A DNA stretch of 64,000 nt from Pedobacter sp. (GTDB lineage: Bacteria; Bacteroidota; Bacteroidia; Sphingobacteriales; Sphingobacteriaceae): the NCBI GenBank assembly GCA_965219295.1, contig OZ244731.1, positions 2,296,236 through 2,360,235 on the forward strand, in the 5' to 3' direction. Below are positions 20,001-28,404 of the stretch, one piece after another. Within the stretch, counting starts at the first letter, position 1, and each line of letters starts with the position of its first letter. The position numbers and the translations under genes are program-made. Below the pieces are notes generated by a model. It was given only the letters and a program-made list of their open reading frames with translations. It was not told the origin of the DNA and made no database searches.

Positions 20001-20760
20001 TTAAAAAAAAGCTCAATAACAGCAGCGTAGCCAAACCAAGCTGACCTTTTTTTGCGATATAAGAACTTAAAGAGTTAAAAAAAGTGCAGATGAATAATAA
20101 CCCCGCAACAAACAGCCAAATTTGTAGGTTAGGCATATAATTTACCTGTATATTAGGCTTAAGCTTTAGAGAAAAAAGAAACTTATTGTCTAGCCCCTTA
20201 ACAGCATACACGTCTTTATCTGCAAAAGCAGCAACCATTATGTTTTTTGATTCGGATAGCAGCGGATCGATTTGATCATTAAAATAATCGCTTTCTTTAA
20301 CCCCAAATTGAGATTGGATGGGAATGAAGAATACAAAAGTAAATTCTCCACTATCTTTCCTTATTACCTCATACCACCCATTTGATAAAAATATTGCCGA
20401 GGTACCGGATCTAATGTTTTTCAGGATTGGTTCGTTTATCCTAAACGAGCTCCAAAATTGCAGTTTGTTTTTTTGATAGAGAAAAAGGTTAATGCCGTTT
20501 TTTCTGTACGTATCAATAAAATTTAACGCCGCTTTGGTATTTTGCGGATACGTTTTTAGTTCTTCGACTTTTTCTTTATCAGACAGGATGTTTTTTACTA
20601 TTCTCTCACGGCCTAGTAAATTCTGCTCTATCTCTCTCCCCTCATTTTCTAGAATTTCTACCCTTGTAGAAAATAGTCTTAACGAAACAGAGGTAACTAA
20701 AAGAGAGCAACCTAAGGCCAATAACAAAAATCGAATTTTAATACCAAACCCTAAGCCCAT
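17035..20760 (-). CDS. Large multi-TM HAMP sensor histidine kinase (NtrY-like)
   Basis: AKQVAHEIKNPL H-box; N, D and G boxes (KNAIEA, DNGIG, GTGLGL). Confidence 0.9.
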   Translation of the reverse strand: MGLGFGIKIRFLLLALGCSLLVTSVSLRLFSTRVEILENEGREIEQNLLGRERIVKNILSDKEKVEELKTYPQNTKAALNFIDTYRKNGINLFLYQKNKLQFWSSFRINEPILKNIRSGTSAIFLSNGWYEVIRKDSGEFTFVFFIPIQSQFGVKESDYFNDQIDPLLSESKNIMVAAFADKDVYAVKGLDNKFLFSLKLKPNIQVNYMPNLQIWLFVAGLLFICTFFNSLSSYIAKKGQLGLATLLLLSFFLTFRLTDLYWGWFNHRFEAPIFDPKIYSQSFLMPSLGDLITNIISVTWLLLFIFNHRKSYRFPNWVTQIKWVGIALHFILLAIIGATALLADEMLFGIIYNSKINFDIINILKLSGSSWVSIVIVCLVWFQLYLITIIFMVMSKKLNVTNKERVYILLTSFIAVAVYVVFAGFNVFFIAFFLVLFLLARKEYEINAKFGISLFAAAFICLAFITSVKYLEYKDIAEESIREPLARKVESSDDPNAILALGDLENKLLASGLLPRFYDNYKSINYNRFKTDIKGMSNGYLSRYNFQIYSYNKKGEALTTAGNASFAKYKKLVEAGAIKLDGSKYFYQVNNTFGYQNYFGIVPIIEKGNLKGTLIIEFRSRPFNYNNRLPDLLGDQKFNNDQDFKGYSSALYANNNLLNQSGNFTYPLNGKVFKGKLNDFLSYNDDKLGYSHLVFKPSANKMVVISKANPSFLERAAVLSFFFIVFIIFSLVLFGLIWVVKNLEDDNVGWFTVNRSLMINANKILYKTRIQLSVVLAVVATLVIVGWITYFYMNLEYRNQQNDIIKQKIRTVQQNFEKQVLNTGEITDDEAALTGFGNFADVNNADLNLYDLDGRLVTTSYPKLYDSKILGKRMGAAAYINLKYLQRSEYINSQEKLGSLTYAAAYAPIENAQSKTVAFIGLPNYLNEEEYSSKIALFLSNLINIYALVFVGTGVLAIFLANQITNPLTFIQQNIRKTKLGQRNEPIVWRRHDELGSLIKEYNNLIAALDESAKKLAKSERESAWREMAKQVAHEIKNPLTPLRLGVQLLEKAWKEDDPNFETKFNRFSKSFIEQIDSLSRIASEFSNFAKMPDAVLKKMELLPILEKTIEVFESSENAHFTLSNRTKKGVKIMADADQLLRTFNNLFKNAIEATSKNGFCKIEVRVYTNQKNVFIEIEDNGIGISPDIYHQIFVPNFTTKSSGTGLGLAFVRQSMENAGGSVDFTSHKNGTTFFLKFPLA

Positions 20761-20820
20761 GACAATTTTAACAAATCTTTGTTCTACAATTCTTTACAAT
20801 AGGTTTGTTTGAGAAAAGTT

Positions 20821-21714
20821 CTATCCAAGTTCCACGCTTGCGCTACTGGCATCTATCATTCTATCTACTTTTTTAACCAAGCTCTGCAAAACTTTACCTG
20901 GGCCAACTTCTATAAATTCGGTAGCTCCATCAGCCAGCATATTGCTTGCAGTTTGTGTCCAGCGTACTGCACCGGTCAATTGCTTAATCAGATTTGCTTT
21001 AATGTCATTGGGATTGATATATGGCTGCGCATCAATGTTCTGATAAACTGGGCATACAGGTTGCAGAATGGTTGTTTGCTCTATCGCGGTCTGTAATTCT
21101 ACTTTTGCAGGCTCCATCAACGGCGAATGAAAAGCGCCGCCTACATTGAGTTTTAATGCCCGTTTCGCACCGGCTTCGGTTAATTTTGCACAGGCCAAAT
21201 CAATTCCTTCTATACTTCCAGAAATAACCAATTGCCCTGGGCAGTTGTAATTAGCAGGTACAACAATTGCGTCAATCTCGCTACATATACGCTCCACAAC
21301 ATCATCTGCGAGGCCTAAAATTGCGGCCATTGTAGAGGGTTGTTTCTCGCATGCCTTCTGCATAGCATTGGCACGTGCAATTACCAACCTTAATCCGTCC
21401 TCAAAACTTAGCGCTGTTGCAGCAACCAATGCCGAAAATTCGCCTAATGAATGCCCTGCAACCATATCAGGCTTAAAATCATCACCCAACAATTTGGCAA
21501 GAACTACCGAATGTACAAAAATAGCAGGCTGCGTTACATTGGTTTGTTTAAGCTCGTCGTCTGTGCCATCAAACATAATATCGCTTAGGCGGAAACCAAT
21601 AATCTCATTTGCTTTTTCAAATAATTCTTTGCCTCTTTCGTGTTGATAAAGCTCCTTACCCATGCCAACAAATTGAGCACCTTGCCCTGGAAAAATATAT
21701 GCTTTCTTGCTCAT
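20821..21714 (-). CDS. fabD: Malonyl-CoA:ACP transacylase
   Basis: FPGQGAQ, GHSLGE and GAFHS motifs. Confidence 0.95.
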   Translation of the reverse strand: MSKKAYIFPGQGAQFVGMGKELYQHERGKELFEKANEIIGFRLSDIMFDGTDDELKQTNVTQPAIFVHSVVLAKLLGDDFKPDMVAGHSLGEFSALVAATALSFEDGLRLVIARANAMQKACEKQPSTMAAILGLADDVVERICSEIDAIVVPANYNCPGQLVISGSIEGIDLACAKLTEAGAKRALKLNVGGAFHSPLMEPAKVELQTAIEQTTILQPVCPVYQNIDAQPYINPNDIKANLIKQLTGAVRWTQTASNMLADGATEFIEVGPGKVLQSLVKKVDRMIDASSASVELG

Positions 21715-21911
21715 ATTTTATATCGAAATTTTAGTGTAGTTAAAATTATCAAATTATTTAACGATGCAATTGTCAATATTCACGAAAAAAAATTCTTTTA
21801 TCGTTCACAAATTAGATAATCTCTAGCTGCTTCTTAAGTCACCAAATATTTTGCCTTTCGGCGATGGATAAAGCCTAATTTTTCAAACTAGCATCGCAGC
21901 CTGCAAATCGT

Positions 21912-22169
21912 TTAATTTTCTTGCGTTACCTCTATTTTTTTGTCATCGATAAAAAGTTGGCAACCAATTTTAAACCAGCCGAAAAGGCTTACCTTGATTA
22001 ATTCTCTTTCTCTATTCGAGTTTAAAAGATGTCCGCTTAAATTAGCCGAGAAAAAACTGAATTTTTTGTCTTGCAAAACTCCGTTCACAAATAATTGTTC
22101 TCCACCAAACCAAGTGTTGATGATCTTAATTTGATTGCCTTGGTAATTCGTTGTCCAAATACTTTTCAT
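21912..22169 (-). CDS. Small beta-rich hypothetical protein
   Basis: ATG start, same orientation and tightly spaced downstream of the DUF3667 gene. Confidence 0.6.
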   Translation of the reverse strand: MKSIWTTNYQGNQIKIINTWFGGEQLFVNGVLQDKKFSFFSANLSGHLLNSNRERELIKVSLFGWFKIGCQLFIDDKKIEVTQEN

Positions 22170-22174
22170 AAATT

Positions 22175-22894
22175 TTAATGTCTTATTATCAAATCAATCG
22201 TTACGCCCACAACCATCACTAAAATATAAAAAGTTATCATACCAAACATATAAGCAATAAATGCTTTTAGATAACTTGTAACTTTCTTTTTGTCAAAAAA
22301 CTGCCCAATTGCCCAAGCAGAATAAATTAATCCAACAACTCCCGCAGTAGTCATTAAGTTAATATGCATCAATCCTTGAAGCGTTGCAAACAGCGCAAAA
22401 ATCAACATTCCAATCCCCATTACAAAGCATAACATGATTAGGATTTCGAAAAAGTTATAACGGTATTTACTAAAAAATACTTTCAGCCACCAGGCAATAA
22501 AAGCTCCCATGATGATGTTTGCATAGCCATAATGATCTTGTACCCACTTTAACATCTTCCCAATCGTAGATTTTTCTAATCCGCTAAAATTTACATACTC
22601 GTCTTCGATATGAAAAAAATGATTTACAAGCGTATAAATTAACGATGTTATAATTATAAAAATAATTGGCTTTACAAGTCGGCTCCTGTTTTCGGTTATA
22701 TAGTCTTTAATAGTCTGCCCCGGCCGGATAAAAAGCTCCTTAACCGTATATAAAATTCCCCGTTCAAAATGCAGCACATGCTCAATTTCGTGGATGATAT
22801 AATGCCCATCAATTCTGTGTATGTATGCTGCTTGCCCACAACTAGGACAAAATTTTAGCGTTATTTCGGTATTGCAGTTTTTACAATTCGCCAT
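22175..22894 (-). CDS. DUF3667 zinc-ribbon membrane protein
   Basis: CKNC...FCPSCGQ zinc ribbon, RPG motif and TM helices. Confidence 0.8.
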   Translation of the reverse strand: MANCKNCNTEITLKFCPSCGQAAYIHRIDGHYIIHEIEHVLHFERGILYTVKELFIRPGQTIKDYITENRSRLVKPIIFIIITSLIYTLVNHFFHIEDEYVNFSGLEKSTIGKMLKWVQDHYGYANIIMGAFIAWWLKVFFSKYRYNFFEILIMLCFVMGIGMLIFALFATLQGLMHINLMTTAGVVGLIYSAWAIGQFFDKKKVTSYLKAFIAYMFGMITFYILVMVVGVTIDLIIRH

Positions 22895-22952
22895 GTTTTC
22901 TGTCTATCCCTATTCTATTACGTCCATCGAATTTATAATGATGATTTAAACA

Positions 22953-23576
22953 TTAATCCAAGCTAGCCGTAATCAACCTCAAAAACTCAGCTCTAGTTCT
23001 TTCGTTGTTTAAAAATGCACCTGTAAATGCCGAGGTAGTTGTTACAGAGTTTTGTTTTTGGGCGCCGCGCATCGACATACAAAGATGTTTGCATTCTATC
23101 ACCACCGCAACGCCCTTTGGCTTTAAAGTATCTTCAATACAATCTCTAATTTCGTTGGTTAACCTTTCTTGCACCTGCAAGCGGCGCGCATAAGCATCTA
23201 CCACACGTGGTATTTTGCTCAAGCCAACAATGTGCCCATTCGGAACGTAAGCAATATGTGCTTTTCCAAAAAAAGGCAACATGTGGTGTTCGCATAAAGA
23301 ATAAACTTCAATGTCTTTTACAACAACCATTTGGCTATAATCTTCTTCAAACATGGCCGATTTTAGAATCTCTGCTGGTTTTAAATCATAACCATGGGTT
23401 AAAAACTGCAAAGACTTTGCAACTCTTTCTGGCGTTTTTAACAAACCTTGTCTGTTTGGGTCTTCGCCAAGTTGTTCTAAAACACCCTTGTAAACGGCTG
23501 CCAAACTCGCTACCTTTTCTTCATCATAACGATCTATTTTTAAATAGCCGTCTATTGCTTCACTATCCATTTCCAT
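22953..23576 (-). CDS. folE: GTP cyclohydrolase I
   Basis: [20 protein letters not shown] and HLCMSMRG motifs. Confidence 0.95.
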   Translation of the reverse strand: MEMDSEAIDGYLKIDRYDEEKVASLAAVYKGVLEQLGEDPNRQGLLKTPERVAKSLQFLTHGYDLKPAEILKSAMFEEDYSQMVVVKDIEVYSLCEHHMLPFFGKAHIAYVPNGHIVGLSKIPRVVDAYARRLQVQERLTNEIRDCIEDTLKPKGVAVVIECKHLCMSMRGAQKQNSVTTTSAFTGAFLNNERTRAEFLRLITASLD

Positions 23577-23593
23577 TTATGCTGTGCTAAATA

Positions 23594-24004
23594 TTATCCA
23601 AAAAACTCTACGTAATTGTTCTCGGTTTCGTAAATTTTTATCGAGTGTAAAACCGCCCCGCTTTCTTCTATCGCGGCAAAAAGCTGTTCCCAAATGCCAA
23701 TGGCCAAATTCTCTGTAGATGCTAGTTTGCCTTTCATGAAATCTACATCCAAATTAATGTTTTTATGGTCAATCTTATCGATCACAAGATCGTTTGTTAT
23801 TTGTTTAAGCCACTTTAAATCTACCAAAAACCCTGTTTCGGGATTTATTTCGCCTTTAACCGTTACATATAGAGCATAGTTATGTCCGTGCCAATTTGGG
23901 TTTGAGCATTTTCCAAAAACCTCTTGGTTCTTCTCGTCATTCCAATCTGGCCTCGCTAATTTATGCGCTGCATTAAAAGACGCCTTCCGTGTTATATAAA
24001 TCAT
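23594..24004 (-). CDS. queD: 6-carboxytetrahydropterin synthase / PTPS
   Basis: FNAAH, CSNPNWHGHNY, DHKNIN, STEN and ETENN motifs. Confidence 0.9.
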   Translation of the reverse strand: MIYITRKASFNAAHKLARPDWNDEKNQEVFGKCSNPNWHGHNYALYVTVKGEINPETGFLVDLKWLKQITNDLVIDKIDHKNINLDVDFMKGKLASTENLAIGIWEQLFAAIEESGAVLHSIKIYETENNYVEFFG

Positions 24005-24170
24005 CTCTTCAAATAAAGCACAAATATACGGTTTAACAGATAAGCAAAGAAAAACACCAAGCGTGGAAAAGACTATCTTCCAACGCAGTTTTTGTACTAG
24101 GGTTATTAAACGGATTTGTTAGGATAGACTAAGTTTTTGCTGAGGGAATGATTTTTGTAAAGGCTTATTT

Positions 24171-24746
24171 ATGTTTCTGTCATTTCTGAAGAAGAACGGA
24201 CTAACAATCGCTATCTCTTCGTTTCTTTTAATGCTTTTATTTGCACCTGATGCAAAGGCATTGGTGTGGCGAGGATTAATGAAAGTTGGACTGTTCTCGC
24301 CGAAAATAGAACCAGTTAACGATGCAAAAGCTGATCTAAGTGGCATTGTTTTTAGAGATCAAAAGGGGTTATTGGTTAATCTCGGCGAATTAAAAGGTAA
24401 AGTTATTTTTATAAATTTTTGGGCAACCTGGTGTCCGCCGTGCAGGGCAGAAATGCCAGGATTAAATAGATTGTATAATAAATTTAAGAACGATAAAAAC
24501 GTGGTTTTCATTTTTGCCGATGCCGACGGTGACCTATTAAAATCTGCCAAATTCTTGGCACGTAAAAATTACAATCTGCCGCTTTACAAAATAGAAACTA
24601 CTATGCCAAGCAGCATATTTGAGCGCACGCTACCCACCACCGTAATTTTTGATAAACAAGGCAGACTTTCCTTCCATCACGAGGGTTTGGCAGATTATGC
24701 TGATAAGAAAATTGAAAGTTTTATAGAGAAGTTAAGAGATATTTAA
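24171..24746 (+). CDS. TlpA/ResA-like thiol-disulfide reductase
   Basis: NFWATWCPPCRAEMP motif. Confidence 0.9.
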   Translation: MFLSFLKKNGLTIAISSFLLMLLFAPDAKALVWRGLMKVGLFSPKIEPVNDAKADLSGIVFRDQKGLLVNLGELKGKVIFINFWATWCPPCRAEMPGLNRLYNKFKNDKNVVFIFADADGDLLKSAKFLARKNYNLPLYKIETTMPSSIFERTLPTTVIFDKQGRLSFHHEGLADYADKKIESFIEKLRDI

Positions 24747-24875
24747 TTTTTCAACTTCAAATTTTGATTTTTACTTTTCTGGTCAACCATCCAAATATGC
24801 GATTACCATTGTAGAGCAGCAGAATTGAAAAATAATTAAATTAGCAGATATTTGTGACATAAACTGCTCCAAACT

Positions 24876-25622
24876 GTGCCAAAGCTAACCGTAATTACCA
24901 TTGTTTTTAACAATGTTCGAGATATAGAACGAACCATGAAATCTGTAGTCGGGCAATCCTTTACCGACATAGAATATATAGTTATTGATGGCGCATCTAC
25001 AGATGGAACTTTAGAAATCATCACGCGTTACCGCGATAAAATTTCCAAAATGATCAGTGAGCGCGATGGTGGAATTTACTTCGCCATGAATAAAGGTTTA
25101 AAATCTGCCACAGGCGATTTTGTTTTATTTATGAATTCTGGGGATGAAATTTATGATGCCAAAACGGTGGAACGAGTATTTTCAGTGGCAACCGATGCAG
25201 ATATTTATTACGGTGAAACAGAAATGTACAACGATAGTTGGCAGAGCTTAGGTTGTAGAAGGCATAGAGTCCCAGATAAATTTAATTGGCGAAGTTTTAA
25301 ATACGGAATGAGTGTAAGTCACCAAGCTATCTATATCCGCAAATCTATTATCTCACCTTATGATACTTCTTATAAATACAGCGCCGATATAGATTGGATT
25401 ATTCGCGCAGCAAAAAAGGCAAAAAAAATAGCAAAGGTAGATGGTTATGTAGCTAAGTATTTGGTTGGTGGGATAAGCAAGAAAAAACATCGCGAAAGCT
25501 TAATAGAACGATACAAAATCTTTAAAAAATATTATGGGTTTGTACCGAACATATTTAACCATTTTATAATTGCTTTAAATTTGGCCTGGCATAAGTTGTG
25601 GCATAAGGAGATGAGGGACTAG
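24876..25622 (+). CDS. Glycosyltransferase family 2
   Basis: IDGASTDGT, GIYFAMNKG and NSGD motifs. Confidence 0.9.
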   Translation: MPKLTVITIVFNNVRDIERTMKSVVGQSFTDIEYIVIDGASTDGTLEIITRYRDKISKMISERDGGIYFAMNKGLKSATGDFVLFMNSGDEIYDAKTVERVFSVATDADIYYGETEMYNDSWQSLGCRRHRVPDKFNWRSFKYGMSVSHQAIYIRKSIISPYDTSYKYSADIDWIIRAAKKAKKIAKVDGYVAKYLVGGISKKKHRESLIERYKIFKKYYGFVPNIFNHFIIALNLAWHKLWHKEMRD

Positions 25623-25625
25623 TTT

Positions 25626-25665
25626 AATTGATAGTGGATAATGAATAATTGATAATGGATAATTT
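25626..25665 (+). repeat. Left heptamer array (AATTGAT-type, about 5 units)
   Basis: AATTGAT AGTGGAT AATGAAT AATTGAT AATGGAT AATTT. Confidence 0.75.
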
Positions 25666-25668
25666 AGT

Positions 25669-26029
25669 ATGGCGGAGAATGTTATAAAGGTTAAATCTTT
25701 TGAGTTTGCATTGAGGATTGTTTAATTAAATGTTTTCCTTACCAAAAATAAAAGTGAGTATGTCATGAGCAAACAATTACTAAGAAGCGGTACTGCTATC
25801 GGGGCTCTGGTTCGTGAGGTAGAGCAAGCCGAAAGTAAAGTCGACTTTATCCACAAATTAGTAATTGCTTTGAAGGAAGCAAAACGAAACAGACTATTGG
25901 ATAGAACTGCTATTTTAAGCAAATTACCTCGAGGAAGCAGCTTAATCTTCTATAAAAACCGATATTTTAGAATTATTAAAACTACTAGTAAGCATCATAA
26001 AAACTACGAAAGGAAATGCCAAAAAATAA
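25669..26029 (+). pseudogene. Four-helix-bundle (23S rRNA IVS protein/bAvd-like) pseudogene
   Basis: MAENVIKVKSFEFALRIV* then SKQLLRSGTAIGALVRE..AES..DFIHKL.IALKEA, a +1 frameshift at 25881-25884, then NETDYWIELL with further stops. Confidence 0.85.
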
Positions 26030-26208
26030 ACCGGAAGCTTTCGATCATCAGCGATAATTCTACAAGAGTATCAATTACCAATTATCAATTAGTTGATATG
26101 CATCATAAAAACTACAAAAAGCAATGCCCATAGATAAACCTAACCTTTCCATCATCAGTAATGCCTTATTGGAGCAATATCAATTGTCAATTGTCAATTT
26201 TCAATTAG
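25992..26208 (+). repeat. Imperfect tandem duplication (25992-26092 and 26100-26208), each copy ending in a (CAATTNN)n array
   Basis: Both copies start GCATCATAAAAACTAC and share AATGCC, ATAAACC, ATCATCAG and a terminal CAATTAG. Confidence 0.75.
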
Positions 26209-26921
26209 CCAACAGATTTAATGCGTTAAAAGATGCCGAAATAAGTACGTATACCTTTAGTTTTTATACCTCGGTTTCTGCCATAGCTAGCAGCAAAATA
26301 GAGGGCGAACAAATGGAAATAGACAGCTATGTAAAACACAAGATGTTAAACATAGCATATTTAGAAGATCTAATAGAGAAACCAAACGACTTATATGAAG
26401 CTTATCTTTTTGCACAGAAAAATAAGTTAACCAAAGCCAATTTTTTAAAAGCGCATAAACTTATTAGCGCCCACTTACTGCCTCCGCTTAAAAGAGGAAA
26501 ATACCGAAAAGTAAATATGCTTGTAATGGAGCATAACACAGGTAAAATACAATTCGAAGCTGCCGGCTGGAGCGAAGTTGCGCAGCTGATGAAAAAACTT
26601 TGGGGTGATGTTGCGACGCTCTTAAAACAAAGGCTAAGCGTAGAAGAAGTATTTTATTACGCAGCCTACATTCATTTGGTATTCGTAAATATTCATCCTT
26701 TCGAAGATGGCAACGGCCGTGCCGGGCGACTTTTGGAAAAATGGTTTATCTCCGAAAAACTTGGCAAACAAGCTTGGTTTTTACAAAGCGAACTCAACTA
26801 TTACCGCCACGTAAACGACTATTACAAAAACCTAAATAAACTTGGTGTTTTTTACGAGGAACTTGATTATGGAAAGGCATTGCCTTCTTTACTCATGCTA
26901 CCGAAATCGTTTTTACCATAA
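26124..26921 (+). CDS. Fic-domain protein with an N-terminal inhibitory motif
   Basis: HPFEDGNGRAGR catalytic motif; SSKIEG matches the (S/T)xxxE(G/N) alpha-inh motif. Confidence 0.85.
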   Translation: MPIDKPNLSIISNALLEQYQLSIVNFQLANRFNALKDAEISTYTFSFYTSVSAIASSKIEGEQMEIDSYVKHKMLNIAYLEDLIEKPNDLYEAYLFAQKNKLTKANFLKAHKLISAHLLPPLKRGKYRKVNMLVMEHNTGKIQFEAAGWSEVAQLMKKLWGDVATLLKQRLSVEEVFYYAAYIHLVFVNIHPFEDGNGRAGRLLEKWFISEKLGKQAWFLQSELNYYRHVNDYYKNLNKLGVFYEELDYGKALPSLLMLPKSFLP

Positions 26922-26994
26922 ATATTTGCCAATTGATTTCGCAAAACCCGTCAAACGAATCACCCAAACAACAAATAAACTAAACAAACAAACC

Positions 26995-28395
26995 CTACCT
27001 CCATCCCCCACCCAACGCCCGATACAAATTAACAACCGCCTGCAATTGTTGCAGTTGATCGCCAACACCATTTAACTGGGCTGTCAGCAAGCTTTGCTCG
27101 GAGGTTAAAACGTCTGTATAATTTGTTGCAGAGCTGTACCGCAATAATTCGTTTGTAAAATCTACCGCTTTGGTTAAAGAGGCGATTTGGTTTGCGCGGA
27201 TGGTCTTTTTTTCTGCTGCGGTTTGGTAGGCGTAAAGCGCATTGCTTACTTCTTGTCCGCCGGTTAGTAATGCTTTTTGGAAAGCGAGATAAGCGACCTG
27301 TTGTTGCGCTTGCGCTGTTGTTAACCTTGCTCTGTTTTGCCCCTTAGCAAAAATCGGTTGTGTTAACCCGCCAACAAGATTGTAAAAAATAGAATTGTCA
27401 AAGAAGTTTTGGAGTTTCAAACTAGACAAACCACCTGCAGCTGTAAGTGTTAAAGCTGGATAAAAATAAGCTTTTGCAGCATTCGTTTGTTCAAAAGCGG
27501 CTCTAAAACCAAATTCTGCCGCTTGTACATCTGGCCGGTTTTCTAAAAGCTGTGCAGAAACCCCAGTTTTAAGGTCGGAATAAATTTGCTGGTTATCTAG
27601 TATGCCTCGTCTAATGTCGTTTGCAGGTAGGGCAAGTAATATAGACAACGCATTTTCCACCTCCCGCGCTTGCCTTCTTAAGTCTGGCAGTAGAACTTCG
27701 GCGCCATATAAATTTCCCTCAGCTTGTACAACCGCAGCGCCGGTTACGATTGCTGCTTCCTTTAAAGCTTTTAGTGTTTCTACATTTTTCTGCCTCACCA
27801 AAACTGTTTGCTCTGTTATTTTTATCTGCTTATCAAAAGCCATCAAATTATAATAACTGTTTGCAATGTTTGCAATCAATTCTGTCTGGATGGCACGTTT
27901 TGCAGCATCGGTTTGCAGTAACGATGCGTAAGCAGAACGCTTCGCACTACTTAGCTTGCCCCAAATATCTGCTTCCCATGCGGTGCTTAGCTGGGCTCGG
28001 TAACTTTGTGTCTTTAGATTTATATTTATCCCGGGAGGAAAATTTAAAGATTTTGCAGATTGTTTTGCATCTGATGCCGATATGTCTGCCTGTAGGCTTG
28101 GGAGTAACGCGCTTCTACTCTGGTATAGATTTGCCTCGGCAATTTTAATACGCTCTATGGCTTGCTTTAAATCTAAATTTGCTGCCAGCCCTTGATTAAT
28201 CAAAGCCTGCAGATCTGAATCGGTAAACAGGTTTTGCCAAGGTAAGGTTGCCATGGTTAAGGTGTCTGTTGTTGTTGCATCTCGATACAAACCATCGACA
28301 TTTACCGCCGGCGCAGTGTATTTTCGCGAAATGCAGGCCGATAAACTTATCGTAATTAAGCCAATAAAGAGTAGAATTTTATTCGTCAATTTCAT
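26995..28395 (-). CDS. RND efflux outer-membrane factor (TolC/NodT-like lipoprotein)
   Basis: Lipobox LSAC, WEADIWGK, RPDVQAAE and LYRALGGGW motifs. Confidence 0.9.
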   Translation of the reverse strand: MKLTNKILLFIGLITISLSACISRKYTAPAVNVDGLYRDATTTDTLTMATLPWQNLFTDSDLQALINQGLAANLDLKQAIERIKIAEANLYQSRSALLPSLQADISASDAKQSAKSLNFPPGININLKTQSYRAQLSTAWEADIWGKLSSAKRSAYASLLQTDAAKRAIQTELIANIANSYYNLMAFDKQIKITEQTVLVRQKNVETLKALKEAAIVTGAAVVQAEGNLYGAEVLLPDLRRQAREVENALSILLALPANDIRRGILDNQQIYSDLKTGVSAQLLENRPDVQAAEFGFRAAFEQTNAAKAYFYPALTLTAAGGLSSLKLQNFFDNSIFYNLVGGLTQPIFAKGQNRARLTTAQAQQQVAYLAFQKALLTGGQEVSNALYAYQTAAEKKTIRANQIASLTKAVDFTNELLRYSSATNYTDVLTSEQSLLTAQLNGVGDQLQQLQAVVNLYRALGGGWR

Positions 28396-28404
28396 AAGTT
28401 ATTT

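Noticed and set aside
25765-26133. 122-aa ORF from the track as a real protein
   Set aside because: It is the middle of the four-helix-bundle pseudogene running out of frame after the +1 A.
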